Assembly (NCBI GenBank): GCA_951406725.2
Contig: OX597814.1
Coordinates: 25,792,001 to 25,856,000, forward strand
From: Octopus vulgaris
Lineage: Eukaryota
Reading direction: 5' to 3'
Length of the DNA: 64,000 nt
Every line of letters starts with the position of its first letter. The stretch's first letter is position 1. Below are positions 13,471-27,104 of the stretch, in pieces. The notes below the pieces were generated by a model. It did not search any database and had not been told where the DNA came from. It saw only the letters and a list, made by a program, of their open reading frames with translations. The translations under genes and the position numbers were made by a program.

Positions 13471-14699
13471 TAGTGCAAATTTATGAAACCTTAATAAAAA
13501 TTTCACTTTCATCTGTTTTAGCGTAGATAAGCAAAAGAAAACCTGTTTTTGTAGATTTAGATGATTAAAATTTCATTTTTTAATCATCTTAGCTCACAAA
13601 GTTTAAGTTTTTTAAAGTATCCACAATGGTCTACCAACAGAAAAGTATGACAACTGATGTAGGCAATGACTGCTTTCATCACTAAAGCCATTATCTTAAC
13701 GAATAAAAATTGCATGGCTCACTACACCACTTACGCTACAACTTACTCTACTATTAAAGTTTCCTGTAGCAGGCATGAAACCTTTGGTAGTTTCTTATAC
13801 AGCCAGTCTTTGAAATTATTATATATCACTAAGTGTTTATTTACTAAAAGCTATACATTTTAGTCATTCTAAGCTTTTTGGATGAGTTCTATAATAAGAC
13901 AGAAACAGGTCTAGAGTTGTCATCATACTGACTGCTAAATATTAAACAAACTCCACTGAATTCCATAGTTGAGGAAATCCAATGTCTGTGTTACAAATAA
14001 CAAACCTGAAATATGTGACTTACTTAAGGGTAAACAAAATTTCAAGGGTAAACAAAATTTCATTTTTTTTCTCAGTATTAGTCATTTAGATAATGATTAT
14101 TTTCATCACTAATGTTTTAATTTTAATTAAAATTTATTGTCATCAAGAATGCTAACATCCACTTAACTATTAAGTTTTTTACATTTTTAAGCATTCATGG
14201 GTAGCTCTCCTACATAGACCATACTTGCTGCATGCTTCAATATTTTTAGATATGTTTTAGTCATTGAACAGTTGTTTCTTGCTTTTATAGTTATTTATGT
14301 AAGCATTACATTGATGTGTCAAATCACAGTAAAGCTGGAGAAAGTTATAGAAATAATCTTTCTGTTGCCATTTCCTTTCATTTACACCATTAGATTCTTT
14401 GGGGAAAGATACAAACATCACAATATTGTGTTCCTCTTTACTATAAATCAAAAACAATATCATCATCATCATAAGCACCAGCAATTTAATGCCCATGTTT
14501 CCATACTTGTATGGGTTGGGTAGAGTTTGTTGAGGCAGATTTAATCAGATTGATGCCCTTCCTGTTTCCAACCTCACCTGACTCTGAGAAAGGTAATAAT
14601 TCCCCATGGCCAGACATGTTACCACAGAATAATGGATATGAATGACTGCTTCTATGCCAATGGTACTCATTTACAACTATCATGTGATGTCGAGACAAG

Positions 14700-14909
14700 T
14701 AGACATAAACATACTCACACACACATCCATACACACACACATTCACACGATGAGCTTCCTGCAGTTTCCATCTATCAAATTCATTTACAAGGCTTTGGTC
14801 AGCCCAGGCTATAATAGAAGACAATTGCCCAAGGTGCTACACAGAGGTATTGAACCCAGAGCCATGAAGTTGGGAAACAAATTCTTAACCATTACAGCCT
14901 TACCTGCAC
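14700..14909 (-). mobile_element. tRNA-derived SINE family 1, diverged
   Basis: Reverse-complement similarity to the 5' half of 9396-9802. Confidence 0.75.
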
Positions 14910-15863
14910 ATATGTGTTTATTAAAATTATACATCTAAAAGTAAAGATTGTTAGAATTTATAAACTGACATTGGTTAAATATAAACCTTTTTATTCAATG
15001 ACCAAGTTTATATTTCACATACAAAATTATTTCAATTGAACAAGTCTTGCTTCATTATAAATTTATCACACTGTAAATATATTTTTTAATGAAAAAAACA
15101 CTTCATAATCAAATTATAGATATGTAGTGTATTTCTGTTACTCGAGCTCACACCATATTGATTTAAATATTTCCAGTAAGTTAGAAATTATTAGGATAAA
15201 AGAGGAAGCCACGTTTAAGAATGGGTCAAATCTATAAAGCTATGGTATTATTTACAAATGATTAAATGTAGTATGTTTTGTCATGGTCTGTGTATGTGCT
15301 TTTTGTGGTTGCTAACATTGATACAGTTGTTTTTGTGACGTCTGTTTAGTTGTTGTTACTGTTTGTAACATTTGATTTGATTGTTCAGCTTACAAATAAC
15401 TAATAATTCAAGAGCTTCAAACTATCTCTAGCAAACAAACAGCATCAGAGAATATATGAATATGAAAAACTCTACCAGAGATAAACATTTGGCTAAACCA
15501 TAATCAAATAAAAGTTCAATAGAGTTAGAAGCATAGAGAATTTCATATCGAAAACATTGGCATTTAATCCAAGCCAGAGAGAAGAAAAGATTAATTTCCA
15601 GATAGTTCTCCTTTCTATAACTGGTAGTGTAATAAAAATCTTTGCAACATAGGGTGATTAGTGTGACCTGTAACAGAATAAGATTTTCTTCCTTTTTCTT
15701 TGTTTCTTGGTTTTGCCTTTTGAATCAGATGGACTAATAAAGAATGCTGAACTTTCACATAAATTGGATACAGTATGCATCAATACATCAGTTAATAAAT
15801 TAATCAGGACAGTCATTTTCTGTTGGCTTTCATAAACACTAACCTGGTGTTTTCAATACTCAG

Positions 15864-15947
15864 GTGGCTTCACTGATCAAATGTCTACTGAATGGAAAAC
15901 ATATTCTCTAATGTCCACAAACATAGCTTTATTTTTCTTCATGACTG
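15864..15947 (+). CDS. Candidate internal exon (phase 1-1) of an unidentified gene
   Basis: Acceptor ttttcaatactcag|G and donor CTG|gtaaat. The 84 bp are open as GFTDQMSTEWKTYSLMSTNIALFFFMT. No homology recognised. Confidence 0.3.
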
Positions 15948-17099
15948 GTAAATTTGATACCAGTGGTCCTACTTTTGAAAAGTAGAACAGAGGCAGACCT
16001 TCAGGAAATGAAATCCACACATGAGTTCAATTTCTAATAGTGGTTAGTTATGTTCAACCATACAAATAATAATGTTCTTAGTTAAGGCATGAAACATTTC
16101 ATCTCTTATTTCTCTTTTCCTCATAGTCTAGAAAGCTAATTACATATCAAAAGATATTATATTACTTACTTTATAGCCAAGCTGCTTAAGAGATAACTAA
16201 AATACTGATTCAAAATTAAACTTTACAAGTAATGAAGTTTGTAATTGGCAAGCCTGCCTCATTGTTGGGCTATTCTCCTTTATGCAGTTTATCCAACCTC
16301 TCAAAGGTTTTGGTTTAATTTATAGGCTTTATATCAAGAAGCGATGAAATTAGAAGCTATAACTTCCTAGTAGCATTAACACTTGAAGTGAAGTGGAATT
16401 TGCTCTCATGAAGGATCAGCATCAGTTCAACACAACTAGATTCAGATAATATTTAATGGAAAAGAAGCTTTCATCTCACCATTGATAATGCAACTATTAA
16501 CTCTTTGCTTCCTTAGCTTATATACATACATATTAGATGAATGATGACTCATAATTAGCTTTTAGTTTCTTCTGTGAAAAGGAATTAAATAGGTGTAAAT
16601 TATTTGTGTAACATTTCATGAATTCTTGGAGAACCAATTCTACAACATAGATTCCTGATTCAGGCATATCATTTCACTCTACTAATACCTGTAGTTTGTG
16701 GCTTTTGTCAGAAACATGGAAAAAAGAAATAAGTGCCAACTAGTCTGACTTGCCCTTAAAACATTATATGAAAACAATGCATCTTGTCATCATCTGACAA
16801 CCAAGTAAGGATTTATAGGACATTTTTTTCAGAAATATTTTTATTGTGTTCAGTAATCATAAACTGGAGGTTCTTCTGTTATTATCATTCATATCTTGGA
16901 AAATATTGAGTTATGTTGAACTCTCTGTAATTATAAGTTACTAAACTGGGTATTAGGCCATACAGTTGTCAGAAGAATAATTTTGATTTGATTTGATTAT
17001 GTCAACCCCAGTATTTGACAACTACTTATTTTATCAACCCCATAATGAGAAAAAGCAAGGTTAAATGCATTGGGATTTAAACTCAGGATTTATAAGGTC

Positions 17100-18530
17100 A
17101 CTTTTAAATACTTCAATGACACATATGATACTGAGAAAGATACTGAAAGATAGATATATTTTATTGACTTACATCTACCCATGGATATTTCAATGAAAAG
17201 AATGGATTATTCCTTGAAGCAATTGTTTTTGCAGCTGGATACCATTGCTATTGCCATCCATGTCTATAGGACAGAGACTAGAGTGTGTTGGTGAATGACT
17301 TAATACAATCAGTCAAGTGGTTTTCTTTTTATTTTTTTGGAAGTGGTCTAACATGTCATTCTATTTAGTAGCAGCAGCAGCATTAGGTCTATTGTAGGTC
17401 TAATCTGAGATTTGTAGGGAATATATAACTGGAGTCTGAAGTATTTTCTAGGTCTAAAGAGAAAGCTATTTTTGTAATACTGTTTTAGCTGTGATGAAGA
17501 TGTGTGTCTGCCAGGTGGACTTTCCTGATAGTGGAATCTAACATTTATTGTGAACATAAGAATTCTACTTGCTCACTTTTAATGTTTATTTAGTGGAGGA
17601 ACCATAATGTTTCTTGATATGCATTATGATTTTATCTTTGTAATGCTAAAGAAAATAAAAATTTTGGCATAGACACATTGGAGGGTGCTTTTGTGATTTC
17701 TACTCGTGGATATTGCATATTTTTACTCATAGATATTGCATATGGCTAAATGTGAATGATGCATGGCAAAGGAAGATTAGTGGATGGGGTGAAGGTTAGA
17801 ATTTAGTTTTGCTGGAGTTGATAACAAGTAAGATTTTTGTAAAAGAGTGTCAGTGACTAACTGAACTCTAGGGTATACTAGAGATGACAGAATGTGGGCT
17901 AGCTACAACTCTGTTACTACAATGGTGCCAACTGAGAGACAACTGCAATAGAGGAGAAATGAATGGAGCCCATAAATATCAGCAGAATTTTCATTGAATT
18001 TCTCAAAGGTGATAGTTCATTGAGAAACATAGTAGTGTGGGTTTCCAGTAGATGTGGCTTTGTGAAAGGAGTATACATAATCATCAAGGGATAGAGAGTT
18101 GGGAGAAAGTTGTTGTTCATGGCTATCTCCATCACCTTTAAAATGTTGGATAAAACAATTCATGAATCATCAGAGAGATTAACCTTCTTGGAAAAGCAAC
18201 ACACTGTAGTATATTTCCAAAGGTCAGAGTATGTCCCTGAAGAGAGAGGACAAGGGCAATGTTTGAGAGGTATTGATTCAGATAAATGGAATGAACATTG
18301 GTCAGGACAGGTGGTTTTGATGGTTTGAAGTAACTGAAGATACTTTCATAATTACATTGTATACATGCATAGTAGTAAACCCAGTGAAGTTGAAGATAGT
18401 TTTGGGGAGATTTGCCTAGTGTGTGCAGTATATCATTGGATGCAAAGTGGGCAACAAATGTGGAGGCTTTCTTTACAGTAGAGCATGGAAGAAAGGAGGA
18501 TTCAACAAATTTAGTTGATAGTTTTTGTCA
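17100..18530 (-). mobile_element. Highly decayed LINE-like segment
   Basis: Compositional bias and fragmentary peptides only. Family not assigned. Confidence 0.3.
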
Positions 18531-18699
18531 CTGGGCAAAATAAGTAGTTGTTAAATACTGGGGTTGATATAATCAAAATTATTCTTCTGACAACTGTATG
18601 GCCTAATACTCAGGTTAGAATTGATTGCAGTTCGAGCAATTGGAGAACATTCAGGCTGCATGGTTGTGTTTCCTAAGTTTTGTAATTTGTCTGATATAC

Positions 18700-19132
18700 C
18701 TATTTGTCTTGCTTGCTAAGACATGTTGGGGCAAGTGAAATAGAAATCGAAATTGAACCAATCCTATGACTGGCACCCGGCAGATGCCAGGACCCCTGGA
18801 CTGGTGGTAAATAAAAAGCACTATCCGAATCGTGGCCGATGCCAGCGCCGCCTCGACTGGCTTCCGTGCCAGTGGCACGTAAATTGCACCAATCCAACCG
18901 TGGCCGTTGCCAGCCTCGCCTGGCACCTGTGTGGGTGGCAAGTAAAAAGCTCCCACTTCACTCACGGAGTGGTTGGCGTTAGGAAGGGCATCCAGCTGTA
19001 GAAACATTGCCAGATAAGACTGGAGCCTGGTGCAGCCTTCTGGCTTCCCAGATCCCTAGTCGAAACGTCCAACCCATGCTAGCATGGAGAACGGACGTTA
19101 AACGATGATGATGATGATGATGATGATGATGA
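18700..19132 (+). mobile_element. RTE-type 3' UTR element with tandem units and (GAT)n tail
   Basis: Homologous to 11230-11687 and 58308-58665. Ends GGACGTTAAAC(GAT)n. Confidence 0.85.
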
Positions 19133-20419
19133 CCTAAACTGATGTAGTACAGAAAAGAGTGAACTACATGAGTCTAGACTATCAGTTTTTATTAAGTGGA
19201 ATGTATTATGAAATGATTAAGGAGATGATTTCAGTTGCCAACTGAAATGTGTCTGATTGATCAAGAAGTATATTATGAGGGATAGCAAACTTAGAATTAG
19301 TAGAGTTATAATCATTCAGCTGACTTCGAGTATCATAGGATGTAAGAAATGTAGTGCAGGATATGCATGTATGGTGAATAATCATAATAAAATAGAAGTC
19401 AAACAAGTTAACAGGAGCAACAATAGTGATGATTTGATAGAAATTGGTTCTTAAAGAAATTATGAGTGTTTGAAGTGTGTTTGTGCTGGTCAGTGACGTG
19501 AGGAGAGAATAAAGTTAGCTGATGTAAAAAGCTAAGGATTACAAAAGTTTCAATTCCTTCATTGAAAGCTTCAAATAGAGATGAGTAGAAGGGCCAAGAA
19601 GTGTTTTTGGCTTTGAAGTTATCAAGGACAATATAGAAATGAATTAAGAAATGTTGAACTATTAAAAGAAATAATTGTAAAAGGTTCAGATGTGTGGAAT
19701 GATAGAATAAGAAAATCTAAATGTAGAAATAAGTGAAAATAGGAATCATGTTGAGAAAATAAGTAAGTAAACAAAACAGCGATATAGTCGTGAATTTTAT
19801 GCATATCAAAGGCAAAAAACTGAAATATGTGAAATTTTCTTGATAAGATTTATTCCAGATTATTCTACCTGTTGCCTCGATATTGTTGCTGTTATAGCAG
19901 TAAATTTTCAACTGCAACCTTTTACCATTTTCATCTGTTTATTCCCTGAAACATAATATTTTATATATTTCATATGAAGTTCATTTATATTTTCTTTTGA
20001 TTTTGTATTCTATCTTCTTTGAATTACATCAATGGCATTTTTCTTTCAAATTTGGTGGGAATTATAATTAAACATAAAAGTGGAAAGTTTCCACAGAGGT
20101 TGTTATCAAATTTCTTGATGAAATGGAACATATCTGCACAAATGATCTCATAAATTCTTACACTATCCCCTGAGAATTCTGATACAGTTGGAAGAATCTA
20201 TGAATACTAATAAGTTGTTATTGAAAAAAATGGAAAAGAAATAACAAGAAAACATTTGATTTACAATCTGACACATAACATAAATATTCATCTGAATGTG
20301 CCTTCTGGGAATAAATAGTCAGTTATCATAGAAATGATGGCTTGGCTTAATTCTTCTAAATTTTCGCCAATATGATGTACAAAAAAAAAAAAAAAAAGAA
20401 AAGGCTTTGAATGAATAGA

Positions 20420-20420
20420 C

Positions 20421-20473
<53 letters not shown>

Positions 20474-20483
20474 CGTGTGTGAG

Positions 20484-20563
<80 letters not shown>

Positions 20564-20872
20564 AATGCATACACAGAGGTATATATATATATATGTATAT
20601 GTGGGTATATAATATGTATGCATGTGAGTACACATACATATGCATACATTTATATATATATATATGGATATATATATATATATGTATGTATACATACATA
20701 CTCACACACATGCATATATATACATACATGTGAATAATATATTTACACACACACATAAGCACACATTTATACTTTCACATATATACACGTATATGTACAT
20801 GCATACAAACACATACACATATATAATATATGCGCGTGTGTGTGTGTGTATGTGTGTGTGTATTTGTGTGTG
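20420..20872. repeat. Compound (AT)/(GT)/(AC) microsatellite field
   Basis: Directly visible. Confidence 0.95.
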
Positions 20873-21480
20873 AATGTTCTAGCATTGTTGTTCATTCCAA
20901 AATTTTCAGCTACATTTGGGAATACCATTGTTAAATATAAAATTATTAAAGTTTATCTATGAAGAGTAATTGGTTGGAAGAGTCTTAGCAGCAAACAGCT
21001 TCATCTTAGTTTAAGAACTTACAGAGAAATGTTTTCATCCCTTTAAATAAATAATGTTTGTTCTTCAGCTTCCTTTCCTGTTCCTTTTATTAACACTATT
21101 TATTTTTTATGAACGTTCTTTTCCCAAAAGGTCTGCCAGCAATAATCTTGCCATGTAAGTACAAACTGACTGAGCTGAAACAAGGTGGATTTCATAAATT
21201 CAATCTATCATATTTTACTACATCTTGTCACCGTGACATATTTTTCCATTCAAATTTTTGTGAATCATTTTGTGAATTCTTCCACTGCTTGTTTCAGTCA
21301 TTAGACAATGATCATGCTAGATAATGGCTCTTTTCAAGCTTAGTGGAACTTATTCTATATGTCACATTTACCAAGCTGCTAAGTTACTGAGTCATAACAG
21401 ACCAACACCTGTGAACAAACATGAAGACACATATGCATAGACACATGTGTAAGTAGGAATATATATATCTATAACATATA

Positions 21481-22713
21481 CAAGGTGTCCTGAAATTAAG
21501 GCAGCTGAGGTTTAGGCTTTAGCAATTATCAATATGAAACTTATATATCACTATAAAAGCTTAGTGTGTCTTCTTTTCGTTTCAGACTAAATAAATTCAG
21601 ATTTCTGAAGTAGATTTTGGCTACAGACTGAAATACAATCATAATCCTCCACAAAGGAGGCAAAAGTAATACAGCTTTAGCAAAAAATGCTTAAAATCAA
21701 AACCGAACAACAGTCTGGAAAATTGTCAAGAAATTTCAAGAGACTGGTTTCACTGCTGATTAACCTGGATGTGGCCAAAAAAGAAGTATGTGGACCCCTC
21801 AGCATATCAAAAGTACCAGAGGAAAGATATAGTGAAATCTTTGTCGTTCTGTCAGAAAACTGGCTGTCACAGCTAAAATAAGCTGAACATCAATGTATAG
21901 AGTGCTGAAGGAGGATCTCAGGACCCATCGGCTGAGATAAGCTCACACAAGTTTATAAGGCCATGAGACTGGAGCAAAGTCATCTTATCCTGCATCAGAT
22001 TGCTGAAGGTACGTTCCCCAACCTGGTGTTCACTGATAAAAAGAAATTTGACATCGAACAGACAGTAAACAACCAGATGACTGACTTTGGTTCCGTCGAG
22101 GGTAGACTCGTAAATTGACATCAAAATCCACAGTCAGTTATGATTTAGGCAGCTGTGAGATCCACTGGAAGGTCTCTCTTCGCTTGTGTGCCCGCAGGTA
22201 TTAAAATTAACACCCAGCAATACATTAGTGACATTCTGGAAACTGAACTGCTTCCATGGGTGAATGAGCCCTTTCAAGGCACACCTTGGAGCTTCCAACA
22301 GAACTTGGCACCATCCCACAGCTCCAAACAGATACAAACCTGGATTCAGAAAAACATTCCGGCATTCATAGACAAGGATGCATGGCCTTCAAGAAGCCCT
22401 GATCTCAACCTGTCGGATTTTTCTGTTTGATCCATCTTGGATGCTCTGGACAGTCCATCTCGATTCTCTGAAGGCAAAACTGCACTGGGAATGGGCTTCA
22501 ATTCTACAAGAACAGTGGTGTTCTGCATGTGAAGCATCCGCACCAAGACTTAAGGCTATGATTCAAAACAGAGCTGTTTATATTGAATAAATGTGATAGT
22601 ATCATAATTGTGTTTCATTTACCATTGCATTGCAATGCTTAGACCTGAAATATAACAATATTTTGCTTTAGCAAAATTGAAAAAGTTGGTTGCCTTAATT
22701 TTGGGTTACCCTT
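21481..22713 (+). mobile_element. Tc1/mariner superfamily DD37D (maT-type) transposon, decayed
   Basis: TA-flanked imperfect TIRs (CAAGGTGTCCTGAAATTAAGGCAGC and GGTTGCCTTAATTTTGGGTTACCCTT). Motifs VFTDKKKF, FQQNLAPSH and WPSRSPDLNLSD. 37 residues separate the second catalytic position (N here, normally D) from the third (D). Confidence 0.88.
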
Positions 22714-23158
22714 TATATATATTTATAACTATATCTAGCATATTTCTGTATAAAGATTTATATGAAAAGCTTCCATACAGTTTCTATCTAGAAAATTCCT
22801 TCACAGAGAATTGTTTGACCCGGAGCTATATTAGAGAGCATCACTTGCCCAAAGTGAAATGGAGTGGAACTGAACTTGAAACTACTTGGTTGTGAAGTGA
22901 ATTTCTCAGTATCATAACCATGAGTGTACCTCATTAGATGTTCATGTACCTTAAGTCTGTTGTGTTGTTGCAGCCCTTTTTTTTTTATTTTGTTGTTATT
23001 GTAGTAGTACATCAGACTTGATCAAGTTGTAAATTTCTACAGCTACAGCATTACTTTGAAGAACATTGATATCATGTGTTTTGACCAATACCACAGTGGT
23101 TGAAGTTGTGGTTGTGTGAGATTATCATGTTCAAAAAATTCTTATATAACCTATAGCC

Positions 23159-23214
<56 letters not shown>

Positions 23215-23236
23215 CGTGTGTGTGTGTGTATATAGG

Positions 23237-23425
23237 GGCACAGGCATGGCTGTGTTCTAAGAAGCTTGCTTACCAGCCACATGGTTCTAGGTTCAGTCCC
23301 ACTGCATGGCAACTTAGGAAAGTGGCTTCCACTATAGCCTCGGGCTGACCAAAGCCTTGTGAATGGATTTGGTAGACAGAAACTGAAAGAAGTCCATTGT
23401 GTATATATATATATATATATGTATG

Positions 23426-23456
<31 letters not shown>

Positions 23457-23690
23457 GCATACATATATTTGTGTGTGTGTCTTTGTGTCTGTGTTTTTCC
23501 CCCTACCATCGCTTGACAACCAATGTTGGTTATGTCCTTATAACTTAATGGGTCAGCAAAAGAGACTGATAGAATAAGTACCAAGCTTACAAAGAATAAG
23601 TCCTGGGTTCGATTTCTTTGACTAAAAGGTGGTGCTCCAGTATGGCTACAGTCAAATTGTCAAATGATTGAAACAAGTAAAAGAATAAAA
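23237..23690 (+). mobile_element. tRNA-derived SINE family 1, near full length
   Basis: Colinear with 9396-9802, including head, internal microsatellite and tail. Confidence 0.88.
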
Positions 23691-24288
23691 AAGTAATCTA
23701 TATATATATATATATATGCACCCACACACACACATATATATATATACATACATACATAAAGAAAATGCCAAGCAAATGGAAAAATCATAGCGTTGTGAGG
23801 TTCCTTTATTTTTGTTTCATTGAGGACTTATCAACATCTCTTGTTTTTGTGTTACAAGAAAAAGCACCCACTACACTTTGTAAAGTGTTTGGAGATAGAA
23901 TGGACATCTACTCATAAACACTAAATCAAATGACATATATGAACGTTAGTCAAAATGAGTAGTAACTCCTTATAAGGTGAATACTTTGCTTACCATAACC
24001 CATCCAAGACATATCAATAAGGAAATTGGACATAAAATTAGGATGATAAGGAGAATATATAAACATATAGACATTGGCATAGCCAAGAGATTAAGAAGTT
24101 TGCTTTGAGACCATGTAGTTTACAGTTCATACACACTAAATGAATACCATCATCTGATGTCATCAGCTATAGTTGCTACTTGATTAATACTGAATGATAT
24201 GTAGGAGATGAAAACTGAAAGGAGCCTGTCATATGTGTGTGTGTTTGCATATATATACATATATATATACACACACACACACACACAC

Positions 24289-24434
24289 CTCAAATTCCGC
24301 CGAGGTCGACTTTGCCTTTCATCCTTTCGGGGTCGATAAATTAAGTACCATTTACGCACTGGGGTTGATGTAATCGACTAAATCCCTTTGTATGTCCCCT
24401 CTGTGTTTAGCCACTTGTGGGTAGTAAAGAAATA
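24289..24434 (+). mobile_element. SINE fragment with a Meta-like central domain
   Basis: CAAATTCCGCCGAGGTCGACTTTGCCTTTCATCCTTTCGGGGTCGATAAATTAAGTACC. Diverged minus-strand copies lie near 17000 and 54240-54600. The domain name is from recall. Confidence 0.7.
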
Positions 24435-24639
24435 TATATATATATATATATATGTAAAACCAATAAGTAGTTCATGGGCCCCAAAAGAAGCACACACTAA
24501 AACATTACAGCAAAAATCTACTATATCAAATTGGGTGAACCTTGCCCTGCCTCTATACTGGTTAACCTTAAACCATGAAATAACTTTATTGATATAATGC
24601 CATAAGAAGAGATTAAATGTCTTCTTTCAATTGTCATTG

Positions 24640-25190
24640 ATCTTTCTCAGTATATGTAGCAGCAGTGGTGGAAATAGTGATAGCTACAGCAGCAACAACA
24701 GCATCAATAATGCATCTGACAGTAGCAGCAATAACGGTTGTGATGGTGGTAACTGCGGCACCAGCATCACATCCAGCAATAACAGCAACAATGGCAGCAG
24801 CAATGAATCCAGTAGTGACAACAGGAATGTGAGTGGTAACAACAGGAAGAACAGCTGTTGTAACACCAGCAGTACAAGAACACAGGTACAGAAATATATC
24901 AGATGTACATAGGGTCCATTCAAGTATTATCTTCACATTCACAGGTCTTTCTTTAAGATATCAGAGAGACACAACATTATGTCTCTGGTCAGTAATGTAT
25001 GGCGTTTAAAAGAGGAGAGTCCACCGTTCATAATTAAATGGAAGCTCCCATAAGAAATGGGAGTGAACTATGTAATCTTTGCCTAGCCGAGAGAGCAAGA
25101 ATCCTGAAAAACTTGCTTGATTCGGAGACCTTCTCAAACTCCAAAGAAAGAGATGTTTAGTCAGTGATATCATTAGAGGAAATTCGTGTT
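24640..25190 (+). pseudogene. PLE GIY-YIG endonuclease fragment preceded by an Asn/Ser-rich tract
   Basis: SSN-rich frame runs into QKYIRCT*GPFK..HRSFFKISERHNIMSLVSNVWRLKEESPPFIIKW...CNLCLAERARI. Confidence 0.78.
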
Positions 25191-27104
25191 GAAACATGGA
25201 ATTCCCCATTTACCAACTAGAGAAAAGCAGTTGATTACATGCTAACCCATTTTAGATGCAAACAGAACTGATCTAAGCAGGATAATTCAACCACACGCAT
25301 GTTTATTGCCAGTAGGATTTCATACACAAATTTAACAGACAATGTTATCCAACTTTGGAACTGCTAGAATCCATTTACCTTGCCAAATCCTTCTTTCTGT
25401 TCATAGATTTACCTAATGAATATCCATTTTAACCGGATTTCTCCTCCCTTTCTAGTATAAGGAACCATAATAATTATCATTGATGAAGAATATTCTTCCA
25501 CCATTACATATGTTTAACCAATCTTTCTCTGGTGACTGCATACTCAGCTTATGGAATCCTCATTCGAACTGTGTTCCAATTGCTGGAATATTCTAGAAAC
25601 AGCTGTTAGAGACTATCTAAACCGTTTATTATATAGCTAACTTAAGTATCTTTGTCAAGTCTTACCAAACTATTTGGCCTTTCTTTTCTACTTTACTGAG
25701 TGTGTGTGTGTGTGTGTGTCTGCATATCTCCTTTGCCCTGACATAAGCCCACTAATAGTAAACAATAGTTACCATCATACAAGTTATGTCATTGGTTTGC
25801 AATATTTTGTGAAAGCTTGCCTAGGCATGGAAAAATTATCTTAACAAAGTTTCAAAGTTTGTTTGACCTAGGCCAGCATTGAAAAGTGAACATTAAAACG
25901 ATGATGAATGTGTGTGTCTGTGTGTGTGTGTGTGTGTGCACGTGCGTGTGTGTGTATGTGTTTGTGTGTTTGTGTGTGTGAGTATGTGTGTGTGTGTGTA
26001 CATGTGTGAGAGTGTGTGTGTGTGTGAGAGTGTGTGTACATGTATGTGTGTGAGAGTGTGTGTGTGTGTGTGTGTGTGCGCATGTGTGTGTAAGAGAATT
26101 GTTGATATGTTAATACATAAGATAAAGTTTATATATATTTATTAATATTTAAAATTTTACACCGGAGGGCAATCATTTCATGAGTGCCTTCAGCTATCTT
26201 CAAACTTGTGTAATGAAGATATGAAATTTTAAATCCTAACATATTAATAAATGTAGACACATGCAGACGAACATGCACACACAGAACCACATATATACAT
26301 CTACATGTGTACATGCATAAAACAATGTATGTGCGTGTGTAATGTTTGTATGTATATATGTACATATGTATGTATACACACACATACATCAATATATATA
26401 TATATATATATATATACATATTAATGGATTTTGTGTGTGTGTGTGTGTGCATGCATACATGTGTATATGTTTGTGTCAGTGCATGTGTGTGTGTGTATGT
26501 GTTTGTGCCATTGTCATTATACATCCACTTTTCATGCAAGCATCAGCAATCAGGTACAGTGAGAGAGAAAATTTGAGAGATTGTTAAAGAAATGAGAAGG
26601 ATATCGATGTGAGCAAAAGAGGCATGAATAGAAGCTGTGTGGATGATTAGCGCATGAGAGAAAGGTGGTTAAACTGGAAAATATACTCCCACCTAAACAT
26701 TTATGCATTTTAGCTAATTAAAGGATCATTTCACAACTGCATGTAGTTATTGGTAAGGTCAGAAAAATGTGATGCAATGTGAACTGATTGCAATAAATGG
26801 GACTTTTATTATCATTAGTCATCATGAATTTAAGTATATTAACATCAGTTTCTTTAACTTTAATGTGTCTTACTGCTAGTAATCATTATCGTTTGTATAT
26901 TCCTTTGAGTGAACAAAAATCTTGCATGATATCAGATTCACTATTGGTAACATCTGAGTATATCTCTGTTAAAAGTAGTTTGTTTCTTACGTTATTATAA
27001 TTTTAAAAATGCTTGAGATTTAGAGGAATAAATTTGGAAGTCACTTTTTTAAAAGTGATGTTGAACAAAACATCCATCATCATTATTATTATTATTATTA
27101 TTAT

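Noticed and set aside
20097-20210. Exon-like peptide VVIKFLDEMEHICTNDLI
   Set aside because: The frame closes without a convincing donor site, and no homology was recognised.
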